From: Bordetella sp.
Lineage (GTDB): Bacteria > Pseudomonadota > Gammaproteobacteria > Burkholderiales > Burkholderiaceae_B
Direction: 5' to 3'
DNA length: 64,000 nucleotides
NCBI GenBank assembly: GCA_022818765.1
Contig: CP063810.1
Span: 263,533-327,532 of the forward strand
Shown here: positions 1 through 10,661 of the stretch, in pieces
How positions within the stretch are numbered: position 1 is the stretch's first letter
Layout: the number at the start of each line of letters is the position of its first letter
The notes under the pieces: generated by a model
Seen by the model: only the letters and a program-made list of their open reading frames with translations
Databases searched by the model: none
Told to the model about the DNA's origin: nothing
Translations under genes and position numbers: made by a program

Positions 1-57
1 AAAATTTGAATAATTAATAAAAAAGATGGAATTAAAAACATTAATCACTCCTAACAG

Positions 58-776
58 CTAATTAATAATACCAATAAAATCTTTTATTTTAAGAGAGGCT
101 CCGCCTACAAGGACACCATCAATACCTTGCATGGAAAGAAAATTATTGGCATTAGAAGAATTTACACTACCTCCATATAAAACACGCATTTCTGATGTAA
201 TAAATATATTGCGAATAAAAGAAAGAATTTCTTGAACTTTTTCCGGAGTGGCAGATAGTCCTGTTCCTATTGCCCAAAGAGGTTCATAAGCAATTACAAT
301 TGGAGAGGTTAAGTGTAAATTGATAATTGATTCAAGTTGTCGTTTAATAACCGACATTGTCAGGTTAGATTTATATTCATCAAATGATTCCCCTATACAA
401 AGAATTGGAGTTAATCCAACAGATAAAGCTAACTCAACTTTTTTAGCAATAATTTTTTCGTTTTCCCCATGTATAAATCTACGTTCAGAATGTCCTAATA
501 TGACCCATTGGCAGGAAAAATCTTTTAACATGAATGCTGATACTTCACCTGTATATGAGCCTTTAATATGAGCACTCATATCTTGCCCCCCCAAGAAATT
601 GGGCTATTAGATAAAATTTTCTGAGCTTGAAATAAATACGGAGATGGAACACAAATTCCTACTTCATAGTTAGAGGGTATATATGCAGATTTTATTTTTT
701 CTAAAAAAATAGAATTCTCATAAAGATTCCCATTCATTTTCCAATTTCCTAAAACAAGCTTATCAATTTTTTGCAT
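58..776 (-). pseudogene. tpiA: triosephosphate isomerase, interrupted by one frameshift in a G7 run (586-592 on + strand as C7)
   Basis: ORF 576-776 encodes the N-terminus (LVLGNWKMNG...ISWGG). ORF 58-594 continues as GGQDMS..GSYTGEVS..ILGHSERR..AYEPLWAIGTG. Adding 1 nt in the G run joins them as ISWGGQDMS. Confidence 0.85.
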
Positions 777-907
777 AAATTATTAAAAAATAAAATGTTT
801 AAATACAATTAAAAAATAAAAAGCAATGTAATTTAAATTAAATATCAATATCCAAAAAAATCGCTTTAAATCTCAATTTAAATAAGGGAATTGTATGCGA
901 AAATACT

Positions 908-1893
908 TTATGGAACTAATAATATTTTTCCTATATTTTTTCTTTCTTCAATCATTAAATGAGCTAAATGAGCTTTTTCCATAGGAAAAATAGTATGAAT
1001 TATGGGCTTTACAATTTTTTTTTCTAAAAAAGGCCAAACTTTTTTATATAAATCTATAGATATTTTTGATTTAAAAAAACTGATCTATGACGTAAATTAG
1101 AACCTATAATTGTCAGGTTTTTTTTTAACATTTGATTACAATCAATATAGCTAGTTTTTCCTCCAAGAAAAGCTATTAAAGCAATTCGACCATTATTAGA
1201 AAGAATTTTCAAATTCCGATTAATATAATCTCCACCAACCATATCTAGTATTACATCTACACCTAAACCATTAGTTATTTTTTGAATTTCTTCAACAAAA
1301 TCTTTACATTTGTAATTGATGCATTTCTTAGCACCTAAGGTTTCTACGAAATTAGAACGCATATTGCTCCCAGCGGTAGAATATACGATGGAACCCATTG
1401 CAGAAGCTAATTGAATGGCCATTGTTCCAATACCACTAGCTCCTCCATGAACTAACAATTTTTCTCCGATTTTTAATCGAGCTCTTTGAAATAAATTATT
1501 CCATACTGTGAAACAAGATTCAGGCAAAGATGCCGCTTCAATTTCATTCATACCCTTAGGTATTGGCAAACATTGTTTAATAGGAACTGTGCAATATTCA
1601 GCGTATCCTCCTCCAGTAAGTAAAGCACAGACTTTACTTCCTATTTTTAAATTAAAATTTGCAGTTGATTTTATCTTTCCGTCAACAATTTCTCCTGATA
1701 CTTCAAGCCCGAGTAAATCGGAAGAACCAATAGGAGGTGTGTAGTAACCCATTCTTTGAAAAATATCTGCTCTATTTACACCAGCAGCATAAACTTTTAT
1801 CAAAACTTCTCCATGTTTAGGAACAGGTATAGAACAATTTGTAGAAACTAATCCATCAGCATTTCCTGATTTAGAAATTTTTATAGCTTTCAT
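908..1893 (-). pseudogene. qor: NAD(P)H:quinone oxidoreductase (zinc-type ADH superfamily), frameshifted in an A7/T7 run at 1073-1079
   Basis: The 295-aa ORF has MKAIKI...GVNRADIFQRMGYY...GGASGIGTMAIQLA motifs and stops early. The C-terminus (VWPFLEKKIVKPIIHTIFPMEKAHLAHLMIEERKKIGKILLVP*) reads on in another frame down to 908. Confidence 0.8.
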
Positions 1894-2033
1894 GATATCT
1901 ATCAATTGAAATAAAAACTTATAAGTTAAGACTTTTGTCATTTAAAATAATGTTACAAAATGCTATCAAAATTTATTAACTTTTAATCTAGTAAATTTAA
2001 AAAATTAAAAACTTAAATAATATATATATTTTC

Positions 2034-2122
2034 TGGCGGAAGCGGTGAGATTCGAACTCACGGTGGGGATTGCCCACACGGGTTTTCAAGACCCGAGCAT
2101 TAAACCACTCTGCCACGCTTCC
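2034..2122 (-). tRNA. tRNA-Ser (anticodon UGA), long variable arm, CCA encoded
   Basis: The reverse complement folds by hand: acceptor GGAAGCG/CGCTTCC, anticodon stem CGGGT/ACCCG with loop CTTGAAA, T-arm GTTCGAATC, 3' GCCA. Confidence 0.9.
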
Positions 2123-2205
2123 AAATTTATATCTACGGTATACAGAAAATCTATAAAAGTGTTAGAATAACATGGTTTCGATTAATTTGTTCATATTAGA
2201 TTTTT

Positions 2206-2290
2206 GCACCCATGGCGAAATTGGTAGACGCAAGGGACTTAAAATCCCTCGCCGCATGGCATGCCGGTTCGACTCCGGCTGGGTGCACCA
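2206..2290 (+). tRNA. tRNA-Leu (anticodon UAA), long variable arm, CCA encoded
   Basis: Acceptor GCACCCA/TGGGTGC, anticodon stem AGGGA/TCCCT with loop CTTAAAA, T-arm GGTTCGACTCC, 3' ACCA. Confidence 0.9.
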
Positions 2291-2345
2291 CTATCAGTTA
2301 ATTTAAATGGTCATGTTTCAAAAATTAATAAATTCTCTATAAATT

Positions 2346-3371
2346 ATGAGTATATTAGTAACTGGAGGAGCAGGATTTATAGGGAGTAATTTTATATTGG
2401 ATTGGATAGATAAAAAAAATGAGGTTATCGTAAATGTTGATAAATTAAGCTATGCAGGAAACTTGGAAAATCTTTTATCAATAAAAGCAAATCCTAATTA
2501 TTTTTTTATTCAAGGAGATATAAAAGATCGTAGTTTATTAGGTCAAATTTTTTCTAAATTTAAGCCAAGGGCAGTGATAAATTTTGCTGCAGAAAGTCAT
2601 GTTGATCGATCAATTTATATGCCAGATATTTTTATTCAAACAAATGTGGTAGGAACTTTCAATCTGCTTGAAGCAACTCGATCTTATTTTGATTCTTTGC
2701 CAAAAAACTTGAAAAAGTCTTTTCGATTTTTACAAATATCAACTGATGAAATATATGGTTCTTTAAAAATGAATGAACCTCCATTTGTTGAAGAGAACTG
2801 CTATAAGCCAAATAACCTATATAGTGCAACTAAAGCAGCTGGAAATCATCTTTCCAGAGCGTACTATAAAACTTATGAAGTACCAACTATTATTTTGAAT
2901 AGTAGCAATAATTATGGGCCATATCATTTTCCAGAAAAATTAATTCCATTATCAATCGCTAATGCTTTATCTGGAAAATTAATTTCATTATATGGTGATG
3001 GAAAACAAATTCGAGATTGGTTATATGTTAAAGATCATTGCTATGCAATTCGCTTAGTTTTAGAAAATGGCAGTATTGGAGAATCTTATAATATTGGTGG
3101 TCATTGTGAAAAAACAAACGAACAAATAATTGAGATGATTTGTTCGTTTCTGGATCTAGAATATCCACGTACTGATAAAAAAAGTTATAAAAATCAAATT
3201 GTTTATATAAAAGATAGATTAGGACATGATTTTCGTTATTCAATTAACACATCTAAAATAGAAAAAAATTTGGGTTGGAAACCACAAGAAAATTTTGAAA
3301 AAGGCATCAAAAAAACTGTTCGATGGTATATTCATCATATGGAATGGTGGAAAAAACGAATAAATGATTGA
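2346..3371 (+). CDS. rfbB: dTDP-glucose 4,6-dehydratase
   Basis: 341 aa. N-terminal GGAGFIGSN Rossmann motif, YSATKAA catalytic motif, typical RmlB length. Confidence 0.9.
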   Translation: MSILVTGGAGFIGSNFILDWIDKKNEVIVNVDKLSYAGNLENLLSIKANPNYFFIQGDIKDRSLLGQIFSKFKPRAVINFAAESHVDRSIYMPDIFIQTNVVGTFNLLEATRSYFDSLPKNLKKSFRFLQISTDEIYGSLKMNEPPFVEENCYKPNNLYSATKAAGNHLSRAYYKTYEVPTIILNSSNNYGPYHFPEKLIPLSIANALSGKLISLYGDGKQIRDWLYVKDHCYAIRLVLENGSIGESYNIGGHCEKTNEQIIEMICSFLDLEYPRTDKKSYKNQIVYIKDRLGHDFRYSINTSKIEKNLGWKPQENFEKGIKKTVRWYIHHMEWWKKRIND

Positions 3372-4288
3372 TTAAAGTGAAAATTTTATTATTTGGAAAA
3401 GATGGTTTATTGGGAAATGAATTAAAATTTAAATTGGGTCAACTAGGTAATGTAGTTGCTCTAAATCGCCATAAAACAAACTTTCTATCTGGAAATATAA
3501 TTAATTTTGATGAATTAATTAAAACAATTCGAACCTTTAGACCAGATATCGTTGTTAATGCTGCTGCTTATACAAATGTAGAGAAAGCTGAAATTGAATA
3601 TAGATTAGCTTATAAAACAAATTCTGAAGCGCTGGAGATTATATCATATGAAACTCGGGTTCTCGAATCCATACTAGTTCACTATAGTACTAATTATGTA
3701 TTTGATGGGATAAGTAATAAATCTTGGAATGAAGATGATTTTGCCAACCCAATAGGGGTATATGGAAAAAGCAAACTACAAGGTGAAAATATTATTAAAT
3801 CAAGTGGATGTAAATATCTAATATTGCGAACAGGTTGGGTTTATGGAATTCAAGGAAATAATTTTATATCTAAAATCTTACAACTAGCACAAGAAGCAAG
3901 AGAACTTAAAGTAGTAAATGACCAAGTAGGATCTCCAACAAATGTCAGTTTGCTTGCCGATTTAAGCATATATGCTATATGTAAAATTCAAAAAGATGCT
4001 CGTTTATATGGATTGTATCATTTAACTTCATGTGGAATAACTTCTTGGTATGAATATGCATTTTTTATACTGAGTTGGTTTAAAAATAAAGGATTTAATT
4101 TAAAAATTGGTCCAAACCAGATTATATCTATTTCAAGTGATAATTATGCAAAATCAATAAGACCTTTAAATTCTATGTTGAATTGTAATCTCTTTGAAAG
4201 AAAATTTTCCGTAAAGATTCCTCATTGGAAAACAGAAGTTTCTAATTACCTATTGAAGTATAATAATTTTTTATTCAATAAAAATTAA
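3368..4288 (+). CDS. rfbD: dTDP-4-dehydrorhamnose reductase
   Basis: About 300 aa. LLFGKDGLLG N-terminus, NAAAYTNVEKAE and YGKSKLQGE motifs typical of RmlD. Start uncertain (TTG 3368 or GTG 3377). Overlaps the rfbB stop. Confidence 0.85.
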   Translation: MIKVKILLFGKDGLLGNELKFKLGQLGNVVALNRHKTNFLSGNIINFDELIKTIRTFRPDIVVNAAAYTNVEKAEIEYRLAYKTNSEALEIISYETRVLESILVHYSTNYVFDGISNKSWNEDDFANPIGVYGKSKLQGENIIKSSGCKYLILRTGWVYGIQGNNFISKILQLAQEARELKVVNDQVGSPTNVSLLADLSIYAICKIQKDARLYGLYHLTSCGITSWYEYAFFILSWFKNKGFNLKIGPNQIISISSDNYAKSIRPLNSMLNCNLFERKFSVKIPHWKTEVSNYLLKYNNFLFNKN

Positions 4289-4313
4289 TATTTTTTTGTT
4301 CTGGAAAAATTTA

Positions 4314-4865
4314 ATGCATATTACCTGTACAGATATACATGATGTACTAATCATACATGCGAAAATTATCAAAGATAATCGTGGTTTTTTCTCAGAAATT
4401 TTCAATATTCATAAATTTTATAGCCTGACAGGATTAAAACATGTAAGTTTTGTTCAAGAAAATCACAGCAAAAGTAAAAAGGGTGTATTGCGTGGTTTAC
4501 ATTATCAATTAAAACATCCACAAGGCAAGTTAATTCGTGTAATAAATGGAAGTATTTTTGATGTTGCGGTAGACCTTAGAAAAAGTTCAGATACTTTTGG
4601 AAAGTGGGTTGGTATAGAACTAAATGATAAAAATTTGTTACAAGCTTGGATACCACCTGGTTTTGGTCATGGCTTTATGGTAACAAGCGAATCTGCGGAC
4701 GTCATATATAAGACTACAGATTATTATTTTCCAGAATATGAAAATTGTATAACTTGTTTTGATCCAAATATTTCAATCAAATGGCCAAATACTAACACAA
4801 AAATTACCTTATCTGAACGAGATCAAAAAGGTAAAAGTATTTTTGCATCAGATGTTTTTGAATAA
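4314..4865 (+). CDS. rfbC: dTDP-4-dehydrorhamnose 3,5-epimerase
   Basis: DNRGFFSE, RGLHYQ, GKLIRV..G.IFDVAVDLR and PPGFGHGF motifs of RmlC. ATG at 4314 preferred over the upstream alternative start at 4296. Confidence 0.9.
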   Translation: MHITCTDIHDVLIIHAKIIKDNRGFFSEIFNIHKFYSLTGLKHVSFVQENHSKSKKGVLRGLHYQLKHPQGKLIRVINGSIFDVAVDLRKSSDTFGKWVGIELNDKNLLQAWIPPGFGHGFMVTSESADVIYKTTDYYFPEYENCITCFDPNISIKWPNTNTKITLSERDQKGKSIFASDVFE

Positions 4866-5035
4866 ATTTTCTGTTTAAATTTTATTACATATTTACTATT
4901 TTTGTAGTAAAATTTCAATCTGAAATATAATATTTCAATAATTAAATTAATAAATAGAATTTTTCAATATCGAATCAATATTTCTTATAGAAATCTAACC
5001 AATGATTAAATATCTAATTTAATTTTGATATTAAA

Positions 5036-5668
5036 ATGGATAAATATTCTGATTCTGGCAATATTTTTGTTATTACAGCACCAAGCGGTACTGGGAAGTC
5101 TAGTCTTGTTAAAGCACTTATAAAACACTTTCCTTCTCTTTCCTTATCTGTTTCTTGCACAACACGGGATCCTCGTCCTGGAGAAAAAGAAGCACAAGAT
5201 TATCAATATATAACAATTGAAAATTTTGAAAAGATGCTTGAGAAAAAAATGTTACTTGAATGGGCTAAGATTCATGGAAATTTCTATGGTACACCTCGAG
5301 ATTCGATAGATAAAGCGATTTTGAATGGAAACGATATTTTACTTGAAATAGATTGGCAGGGAACTCGACAAATTAAGAAAAATTATCCTAAAGCTATTAC
5401 TATATTTGTATTGCCTCCTTCGATTGAAGAATTGAAAAATAGATTAATTACAAGAGCACAAGACCAGCCTCAAGTGATAAATAAACGTTTGTCGGGTGCT
5501 AGTTATGAACTTGCGCATGCAGCAGAATGCGAATATATTATAATAAACGAGGATTTCAATGTTGCATTATTTGAATTAGTACAAATAATAAATGTATCAA
5601 GGTTAAAATTTTCGAGTCAGGCAACTCGAAATTTTTCACTTTTTTATAAATTAGGAATTTTTGATTAA
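5036..5668 (+). CDS. gmk: guanylate kinase
   Basis: P-loop [19 protein letters not shown] motifs, 210 aa. Confidence 0.9.
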   Translation: MDKYSDSGNIFVITAPSGTGKSSLVKALIKHFPSLSLSVSCTTRDPRPGEKEAQDYQYITIENFEKMLEKKMLLEWAKIHGNFYGTPRDSIDKAILNGNDILLEIDWQGTRQIKKNYPKAITIFVLPPSIEELKNRLITRAQDQPQVINKRLSGASYELAHAAECEYIIINEDFNVALFELVQIINVSRLKFSSQATRNFSLFYKLGIFD

Positions 5669-5733
5669 ATAAATTTTTTAGATTTTTACATAAATAATTG
5701 TTATAATTTTGGAAAGGATTTTTGGTATAAAAA

Positions 5734-5937
5734 ATGGCACGAGTTACTGTAGAAGATTGTTTGATATGTATACCTAATCGGTTTCAACTTACTTTAGTTG
5801 CAGCTTACAGAGCCCGTGAATTATCACAAGGTCATACATCTCATATAAAAAGTAAAAATAAACCTACTATCATTGCCCTACGTGAAATTTCCGAAGGGTT
5901 AATTGGTTTGGAAATGTTATGTAAAGTTCCAACTTGA
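5734..5937 (+). CDS. rpoZ: DNA-directed RNA polymerase subunit omega
   Basis: [10 protein letters not shown]...[14 protein letters not shown] is the canonical RpoZ N-terminus. gmk-rpoZ-spoT order is conserved. Confidence 0.9.
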   Translation: MARVTVEDCLICIPNRFQLTLVAAYRARELSQGHTSHIKSKNKPTIIALREISEGLIGLEMLCKVPT

Positions 5938-5958
5938 AAAATCTAATTTACATAAAGA

Positions 5959-8157
5959 TTGAAAGACTTTATATCATCTGTTGTATCATTCTCATCACTT
6001 AGCGAAATCCTCCGTACTTATCTAGATCCTAAAGATATAGAGTATGTTCGTGAGGCTTATCGTTTTGCTGATAAAGCGCATTTAGGTCAATTTAGATCTA
6101 GTGGTTCTCCTTATATCTCCCATCCGCTTGCTGTTGCTGAAATATGTGCTGGTTGGATGTTAGATGTTCATGCTTTATCTGCAGCTTTACTTCATGATGT
6201 AATGGAAGATCAAGGTATATTAAAACACGAACTTATAGAAAAATTTGGATTAGAAGTTGCAGAATTAGTAGATGGACTTTCAAAATTAGACCGTCTAGAT
6301 TTTGCTAATAGGACTGAACAACAAGCTGAAAATTTCAGAAAGATGCTGTTTGCTATATCTCGAGATATTCGTGTGATTTTAATAAAACTTGCTGACAGAT
6401 TACATAATATGCGTACAATTGACGCGATTAAACCTGAAAAAAGAAGAAGAATATCTAAAGAAACTCTAGATATTTATGCCCCTATTGCATATCGATTAGG
6501 ATTAAATCTTTTATTTAGAGAAATGCAAGATTTATGTTTTAGTGCCATGTATCCTAATCGATATAAAACATTGTATAAAGCAATATTATCCGCTCGTGGT
6601 AATCGACGAGAAATAATAAGTAAAATTAGAGATTCAGTCAATACATCATTGCCGGCTTCAGGTATTAAAGCAAATATTAGCAGCAGAGAAAAAACTCTTT
6701 TTGGTATATATACTAAAATGGTGGAACAGAAAAAGACTTTTTCTGAAGTTCTTGATATTTATGGCCTCCGAATTATAGTAAAAACTATACCTGAATGTTA
6801 TTTAGCTTTAGGAACATTACATCAGTTATATCGTCCAGTACCAGGTAAATTTAAAGATTATATTGCAATTCCAAAAACAAATGGCTATCAATCTTTGCAT
6901 ACAACATTAGTTGGACCATATGGTATACCCATTGAATTTCAACTTCGAACTAGTGAAATGCATTATATTGCTGAAGAAGGAGTAGCTTCACATTGGTTAT
7001 ATAAAGGAATAAAAAATGAACTAAATGGTATTCAGAAATATACTCATCAATGGTTACAATCCTTATTAGATATTCAAAATCAAACTAGAGATTCTGCTGA
7101 GTTTTTAGAACATATAAAAATTGATTTATTTCCTGATGCGATTTATGTTTTCACGCCATTAGGAAAGATTATTTCATTACCCAAAGGAGCTACACCTGTA
7201 GATTTTGCATATTCTATTCATACAGATATCGGAAATCAAGCTGTTACTACTAAAGTAAATGGAGAATATACACCTTTACGAACTGAACTTAATAGTGGAG
7301 ATAAAGTTGAAATTATTACTTCTCCAGCTTCTCGTCCAAATGCGCAATGGTTAAATTATGTTCGAACAGGACGAGCTCGTTCCGAAATTCGTCATTATTT
7401 ACGAACAATGAAATATGAAGAATCTGTTGCCTTTGGAGAACGGTTATTATTCCAAGCATTGAAAAAGCAAAATATACCATTACCAAATCATCATCATCCT
7501 CTTTGGAAAAGATTTATTCAAGGCAGGCATTCAAGTTCTCGAGAAGAAATTCTTGCTGATATTGGTTTAGGAAAAAGATTGGCTGCAGCAGTTGCTCGAC
7601 GTTTTGCATCAGAAAATCAAATTGTAGCTACAACAGCAGCAGCTGTTGATGAATCTATATTATCATCTCATTTTACTCCAATTTTTATTCATGGAGGTGA
7701 AGGACAAACTGTTCAGTTATCGATTTGCTGCAGCCCACTTCCAGGAGATTTACTAATAGGAGTAATGCGTTTAGGACATGGACTTGTAGTACATACTTCG
7801 GATTGTCTAACTGGAATCAAACAGAGAAATCGAGATCCTGAAAGTTGTGTAGAGGTTGCTTGGGATCAAGAGACAGCAAAACATCTGCCAACACGATTGG
7901 AAATCATAACTCAGAATGAAAGAGGAGTTTTAGGTAGAGTAGCATCAAGAATTACTGCTATGGATTCTAATATTATTCAAGTTAGTACACATGATGATTC
8001 AGAATCTGCTACCATAGTATTGAATTTAATAATTCAAGTTGATAACCGAAAACATTTAGCTAGGGTCATTAGAGCTATAAGACAAGTTAAAGAAGTTCAA
8101 AAAATAATTCGATTAAAAAATAGGAAAGATATTCATAAATCGATTTATGCAATTTGA
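5959..8157 (+). CDS. spoT: bifunctional (p)ppGpp synthetase/hydrolase (RSH family)
   Basis: 732 aa. HD domain (HPLAVA..LLHDVMED), synthetase region (RLHNMRT, YQSLHT), TGS and ACT-like C-terminal regions. TTG start. Confidence 0.9.
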   Translation: MKDFISSVVSFSSLSEILRTYLDPKDIEYVREAYRFADKAHLGQFRSSGSPYISHPLAVAEICAGWMLDVHALSAALLHDVMEDQGILKHELIEKFGLEVAELVDGLSKLDRLDFANRTEQQAENFRKMLFAISRDIRVILIKLADRLHNMRTIDAIKPEKRRRISKETLDIYAPIAYRLGLNLLFREMQDLCFSAMYPNRYKTLYKAILSARGNRREIISKIRDSVNTSLPASGIKANISSREKTLFGIYTKMVEQKKTFSEVLDIYGLRIIVKTIPECYLALGTLHQLYRPVPGKFKDYIAIPKTNGYQSLHTTLVGPYGIPIEFQLRTSEMHYIAEEGVASHWLYKGIKNELNGIQKYTHQWLQSLLDIQNQTRDSAEFLEHIKIDLFPDAIYVFTPLGKIISLPKGATPVDFAYSIHTDIGNQAVTTKVNGEYTPLRTELNSGDKVEIITSPASRPNAQWLNYVRTGRARSEIRHYLRTMKYEESVAFGERLLFQALKKQNIPLPNHHHPLWKRFIQGRHSSSREEILADIGLGKRLAAAVARRFASENQIVATTAAAVDESILSSHFTPIFIHGGEGQTVQLSICCSPLPGDLLIGVMRLGHGLVVHTSDCLTGIKQRNRDPESCVEVAWDQETAKHLPTRLEIITQNERGVLGRVASRITAMDSNIIQVSTHDDSESATIVLNLIIQVDNRKHLARVIRAIRQVKEVQKIIRLKNRKDIHKSIYAI

Positions 8158-8192
8158 TTGATAATTATTTAACAGATTTTTTGCTTGTGATT

Positions 8193-9026
8193 ATGAATTT
8201 TATAGAAAAACTTGAAAATTCATGGAAGATTAGCAAATCTTTGCTACAGGTTGGATTAGATCCAAATCCTACATTGTTTCCTGAAGAATTCAGAAATCAA
8301 TCTAATTCAATTTTTGAATTTTGTCGTTGCATTGTAGATGCAACAGCTTTTTATGTTTGCAGTTTTAAACTTCAAATAGCATATTTCTCTGCATATAAAG
8401 CAGAAGATCAGTTAGAAGAACTGTGTTCTTATATTCGCAACAATTACCCTAATTTACTAATTGTGCTTGATTCTAAAAGAGGTGACATTTATTCTACTTC
8501 TAAGAATTATGCATATGAGGCTTATGAACGCTATCAAGCTCATGCAGTAACAGTCAATCCTTATATGGGATTTGATTCAATCGAACCTTATTTAGAATGG
8601 AACGATCGTGGTATTATTGTTCTATGTTTGACGTCCAACTCAGGAAGTTCAGATTTCCAATTTTTAAATTTATCTAATGGAGAACCTTTATATTTATATA
8701 TTGCTGGGCTGATTGCTGATAAATGGAATAAAAATTCTCAATTTGGCCTAGTTGTAGGAGCTAATCATACAAATGAACTATTTAAAATAAGGAAACGAAT
8801 CGGTAATGCAATGCCATTGCTTATACCTGGTATTGGTTTTCAAGGAGGAAATATAAAAGATACAGTTGATGCAGGAATAAACATAGATGGAAATGGAATA
8901 ATGATAAATTCATCTAGAAAAATTATTTATGCCAGTTCCAATAACAACTGGATGGAAGCTGCAGCTGAATCAGCACGAGATTATTGTAATGAAATTAATA
9001 ATGCTAGATGTGAAAAAATTTTCTAA
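8193..9026 (+). CDS. pyrF: orotidine 5'-phosphate decarboxylase (type 2)
   Basis: LQVGLDP...LDSKRGDI...PGIGFQGG motifs. ATG 8193 is more plausible than the alternative start at 8154. Confidence 0.85.
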   Translation: MNFIEKLENSWKISKSLLQVGLDPNPTLFPEEFRNQSNSIFEFCRCIVDATAFYVCSFKLQIAYFSAYKAEDQLEELCSYIRNNYPNLLIVLDSKRGDIYSTSKNYAYEAYERYQAHAVTVNPYMGFDSIEPYLEWNDRGIIVLCLTSNSGSSDFQFLNLSNGEPLYLYIAGLIADKWNKNSQFGLVVGANHTNELFKIRKRIGNAMPLLIPGIGFQGGNIKDTVDAGINIDGNGIMINSSRKIIYASSNNNWMEAAAESARDYCNEINNARCEKIF

Positions 9027-9073
9027 TTGTATTCTTAATAGATTTTCTATGTAACTATCAAAATATTTTTAAA

Positions 9074-9616
9074 TTATTTAATAAAGAATAATGAACCATT
9101 TATTACTAATGTTGAATTAACTATGAAAATAGTTAATATAGCCGCAATAAAATCATCCATCATTATTCCTATTCCACCTTGTAATTTCTTTTCAAAAAAT
9201 TTAATAGGTCCCGGTTTTACAGAATCAAAAAAACGAAATAAAAGAAATGAAATAAATTGAATAATCAAATTTTCTGGAACAGACCATAAAATAAACCAAA
9301 AGGATACAATTTCATCAAAAACTATTCCGACATGATCTTTATTGCCTAAAGAAACACTAACCTGATTACAAATCCAACAACCATATAAAAAAGAAAAAAT
9401 TAAAAAGATACTAATGTTTAAATTTGTTAAATTAGATCGAATTAAAAACCAGATTAACCATGCTAATATCGTGCCGAATGTTCCACTCGCATACCTTATT
9501 AATCCAATACCAAAACCAAATGCTAAAAACCGATTTGGATTTTTAAGAATCCAAGATAACGTTGGGAAAACTATATCATACCGATGATGCATGGCATACA
9601 ACAAGAATTTGAACAT
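9074..9616 (-). CDS. pgpA: phosphatidylglycerophosphatase A
   Basis: FGFGIGL..ASGTFGT, DEIVSFW, FR.FD..KPGPI motifs. thiL-pgpA adjacency is conserved. Confidence 0.85.
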   Translation of the reverse strand: MFKFLLYAMHHRYDIVFPTLSWILKNPNRFLAFGFGIGLIRYASGTFGTILAWLIWFLIRSNLTNLNISIFLIFSFLYGCWICNQVSVSLGNKDHVGIVFDEIVSFWFILWSVPENLIIQFISFLLFRFFDSVKPGPIKFFEKKLQGGIGIMMDDFIAAILTIFIVNSTLVINGSLFFIK

Positions 9617-9632
9617 TTATTCAATGTGAAAA

Positions 9633-10631
9633 TTATTTTTTAATTAAAGAGAAATCTGAAAAATGATCAAAACCATTATTAGGTAATGGTTCTAATTTTG
9701 AACCTTGGAAATTCATTACATTTAAATGGTTGATTCTATCAGTTATATAGCCAATCATAGTGATTGGAATATTTAAATTTTTAGATATTTTTTTTATTTT
9801 CTTATGATTCTTAGGATCCGCTGTAAAACATAATTCATAAAGATCCCCACCCGATAAAACAGATTCCTGTAGAATTCTTTTAGGTAAATTAGATAAATAT
9901 GGATCAATAGGAATGGAGGAGTAAGATATATTTGCTCCAACTTGGCTAGAAAACAATATATGTCTAAGATCTTGCAATAATCCATCAGAAATATCGATAG
10001 CAGCATTAGCTATACTGTCTTCTGCTAATACTTGACCTAAATTTAAACGGGCGTTTGGCCATTCTAAAGTTGATCGGATTTTTTCAAGAAGAGGGATATT
10101 AGGTAATATCTTTCCAGATAATAAACGATAAGCAATATCAGGAGCCCCAAATGTGCCCGATACCCAAATTTCATCTCCTACTTTTGCTGCATCACGTCGT
10201 AATATTTTAAGTGGAGAGATTGATCCAAATACCGTAACATTTATAAAAATACCATTATTGCTCCGTGCAATATTTCCACCTATCAAAAAACATTCTTGAA
10301 ATTGAGCTGATTTATGAAATTCATTAGAGAATTTTTCTAACCAATTTTCATCAATATAAGGTAATGCTAAACTTAGCAAACATCCTATAGGTTTTGCTCC
10401 CATAGCAGCTAAATCTGATAAATTTATAATTAATGCTTTATGTCCTAGAGAACTTGGATCTACATTTGAAAAGAAATGACGTCCTTCAATCAATATATCA
10501 GTGCTTGTTACAACGTTTTCTCCAACAGGAACTGAAAATACAGCACAATCATCCCCTTTTAAGAAAGATGTATTTATAGGAAATTTATCAAAAAAATACT
10601 TTTTAATAATATCAAATTCAGAAATGGACAT
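9633..10631 (-). CDS. thiL: thiamine-monophosphate kinase
   Basis: 332 aa. EFDIIKKYF, GDDCAV, NLSDLAAMGA, DISDGL motifs. Confidence 0.9.
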   Translation of the reverse strand: MSISEFDIIKKYFFDKFPINTSFLKGDDCAVFSVPVGENVVTSTDILIEGRHFFSNVDPSSLGHKALIINLSDLAAMGAKPIGCLLSLALPYIDENWLEKFSNEFHKSAQFQECFLIGGNIARSNNGIFINVTVFGSISPLKILRRDAAKVGDEIWVSGTFGAPDIAYRLLSGKILPNIPLLEKIRSTLEWPNARLNLGQVLAEDSIANAAIDISDGLLQDLRHILFSSQVGANISYSSIPIDPYLSNLPKRILQESVLSGGDLYELCFTADPKNHKKIKKISKNLNIPITMIGYITDRINHLNVMNFQGSKLEPLPNNGFDHFSDFSLIKK

Positions 10632-10661
10632 TTTATATAATCGGTTTCTAAAAAATCATTT

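Noticed and set aside
320-571. Numerous 60-130 aa ORFs antisense to or nested in recognised genes (e.g. 320-571, 1508-1744, 3028-3243, 9794-10006, 10501-10800, 14245-14433, 16379-16579, 19028-19210, 20329-20523, 21478-21864, 22015-22293, 27405-27635, 29444-29638, 33664-33855, 33762-33977, 35308-35604, 36222-36503, 36876-37091, 38267-38635, 41048-41230, 45372-45632, 46197-46523, 46593-46862, 47079-47297, 51043-51225, 58259-58582, 59016-59306, 61597-61905, 63587-63787)
   Set aside because: Each lies wholly inside a strongly supported conserved gene in another frame or strand, has no recognisable motif, and has the low-complexity composition expected of shadow frames.
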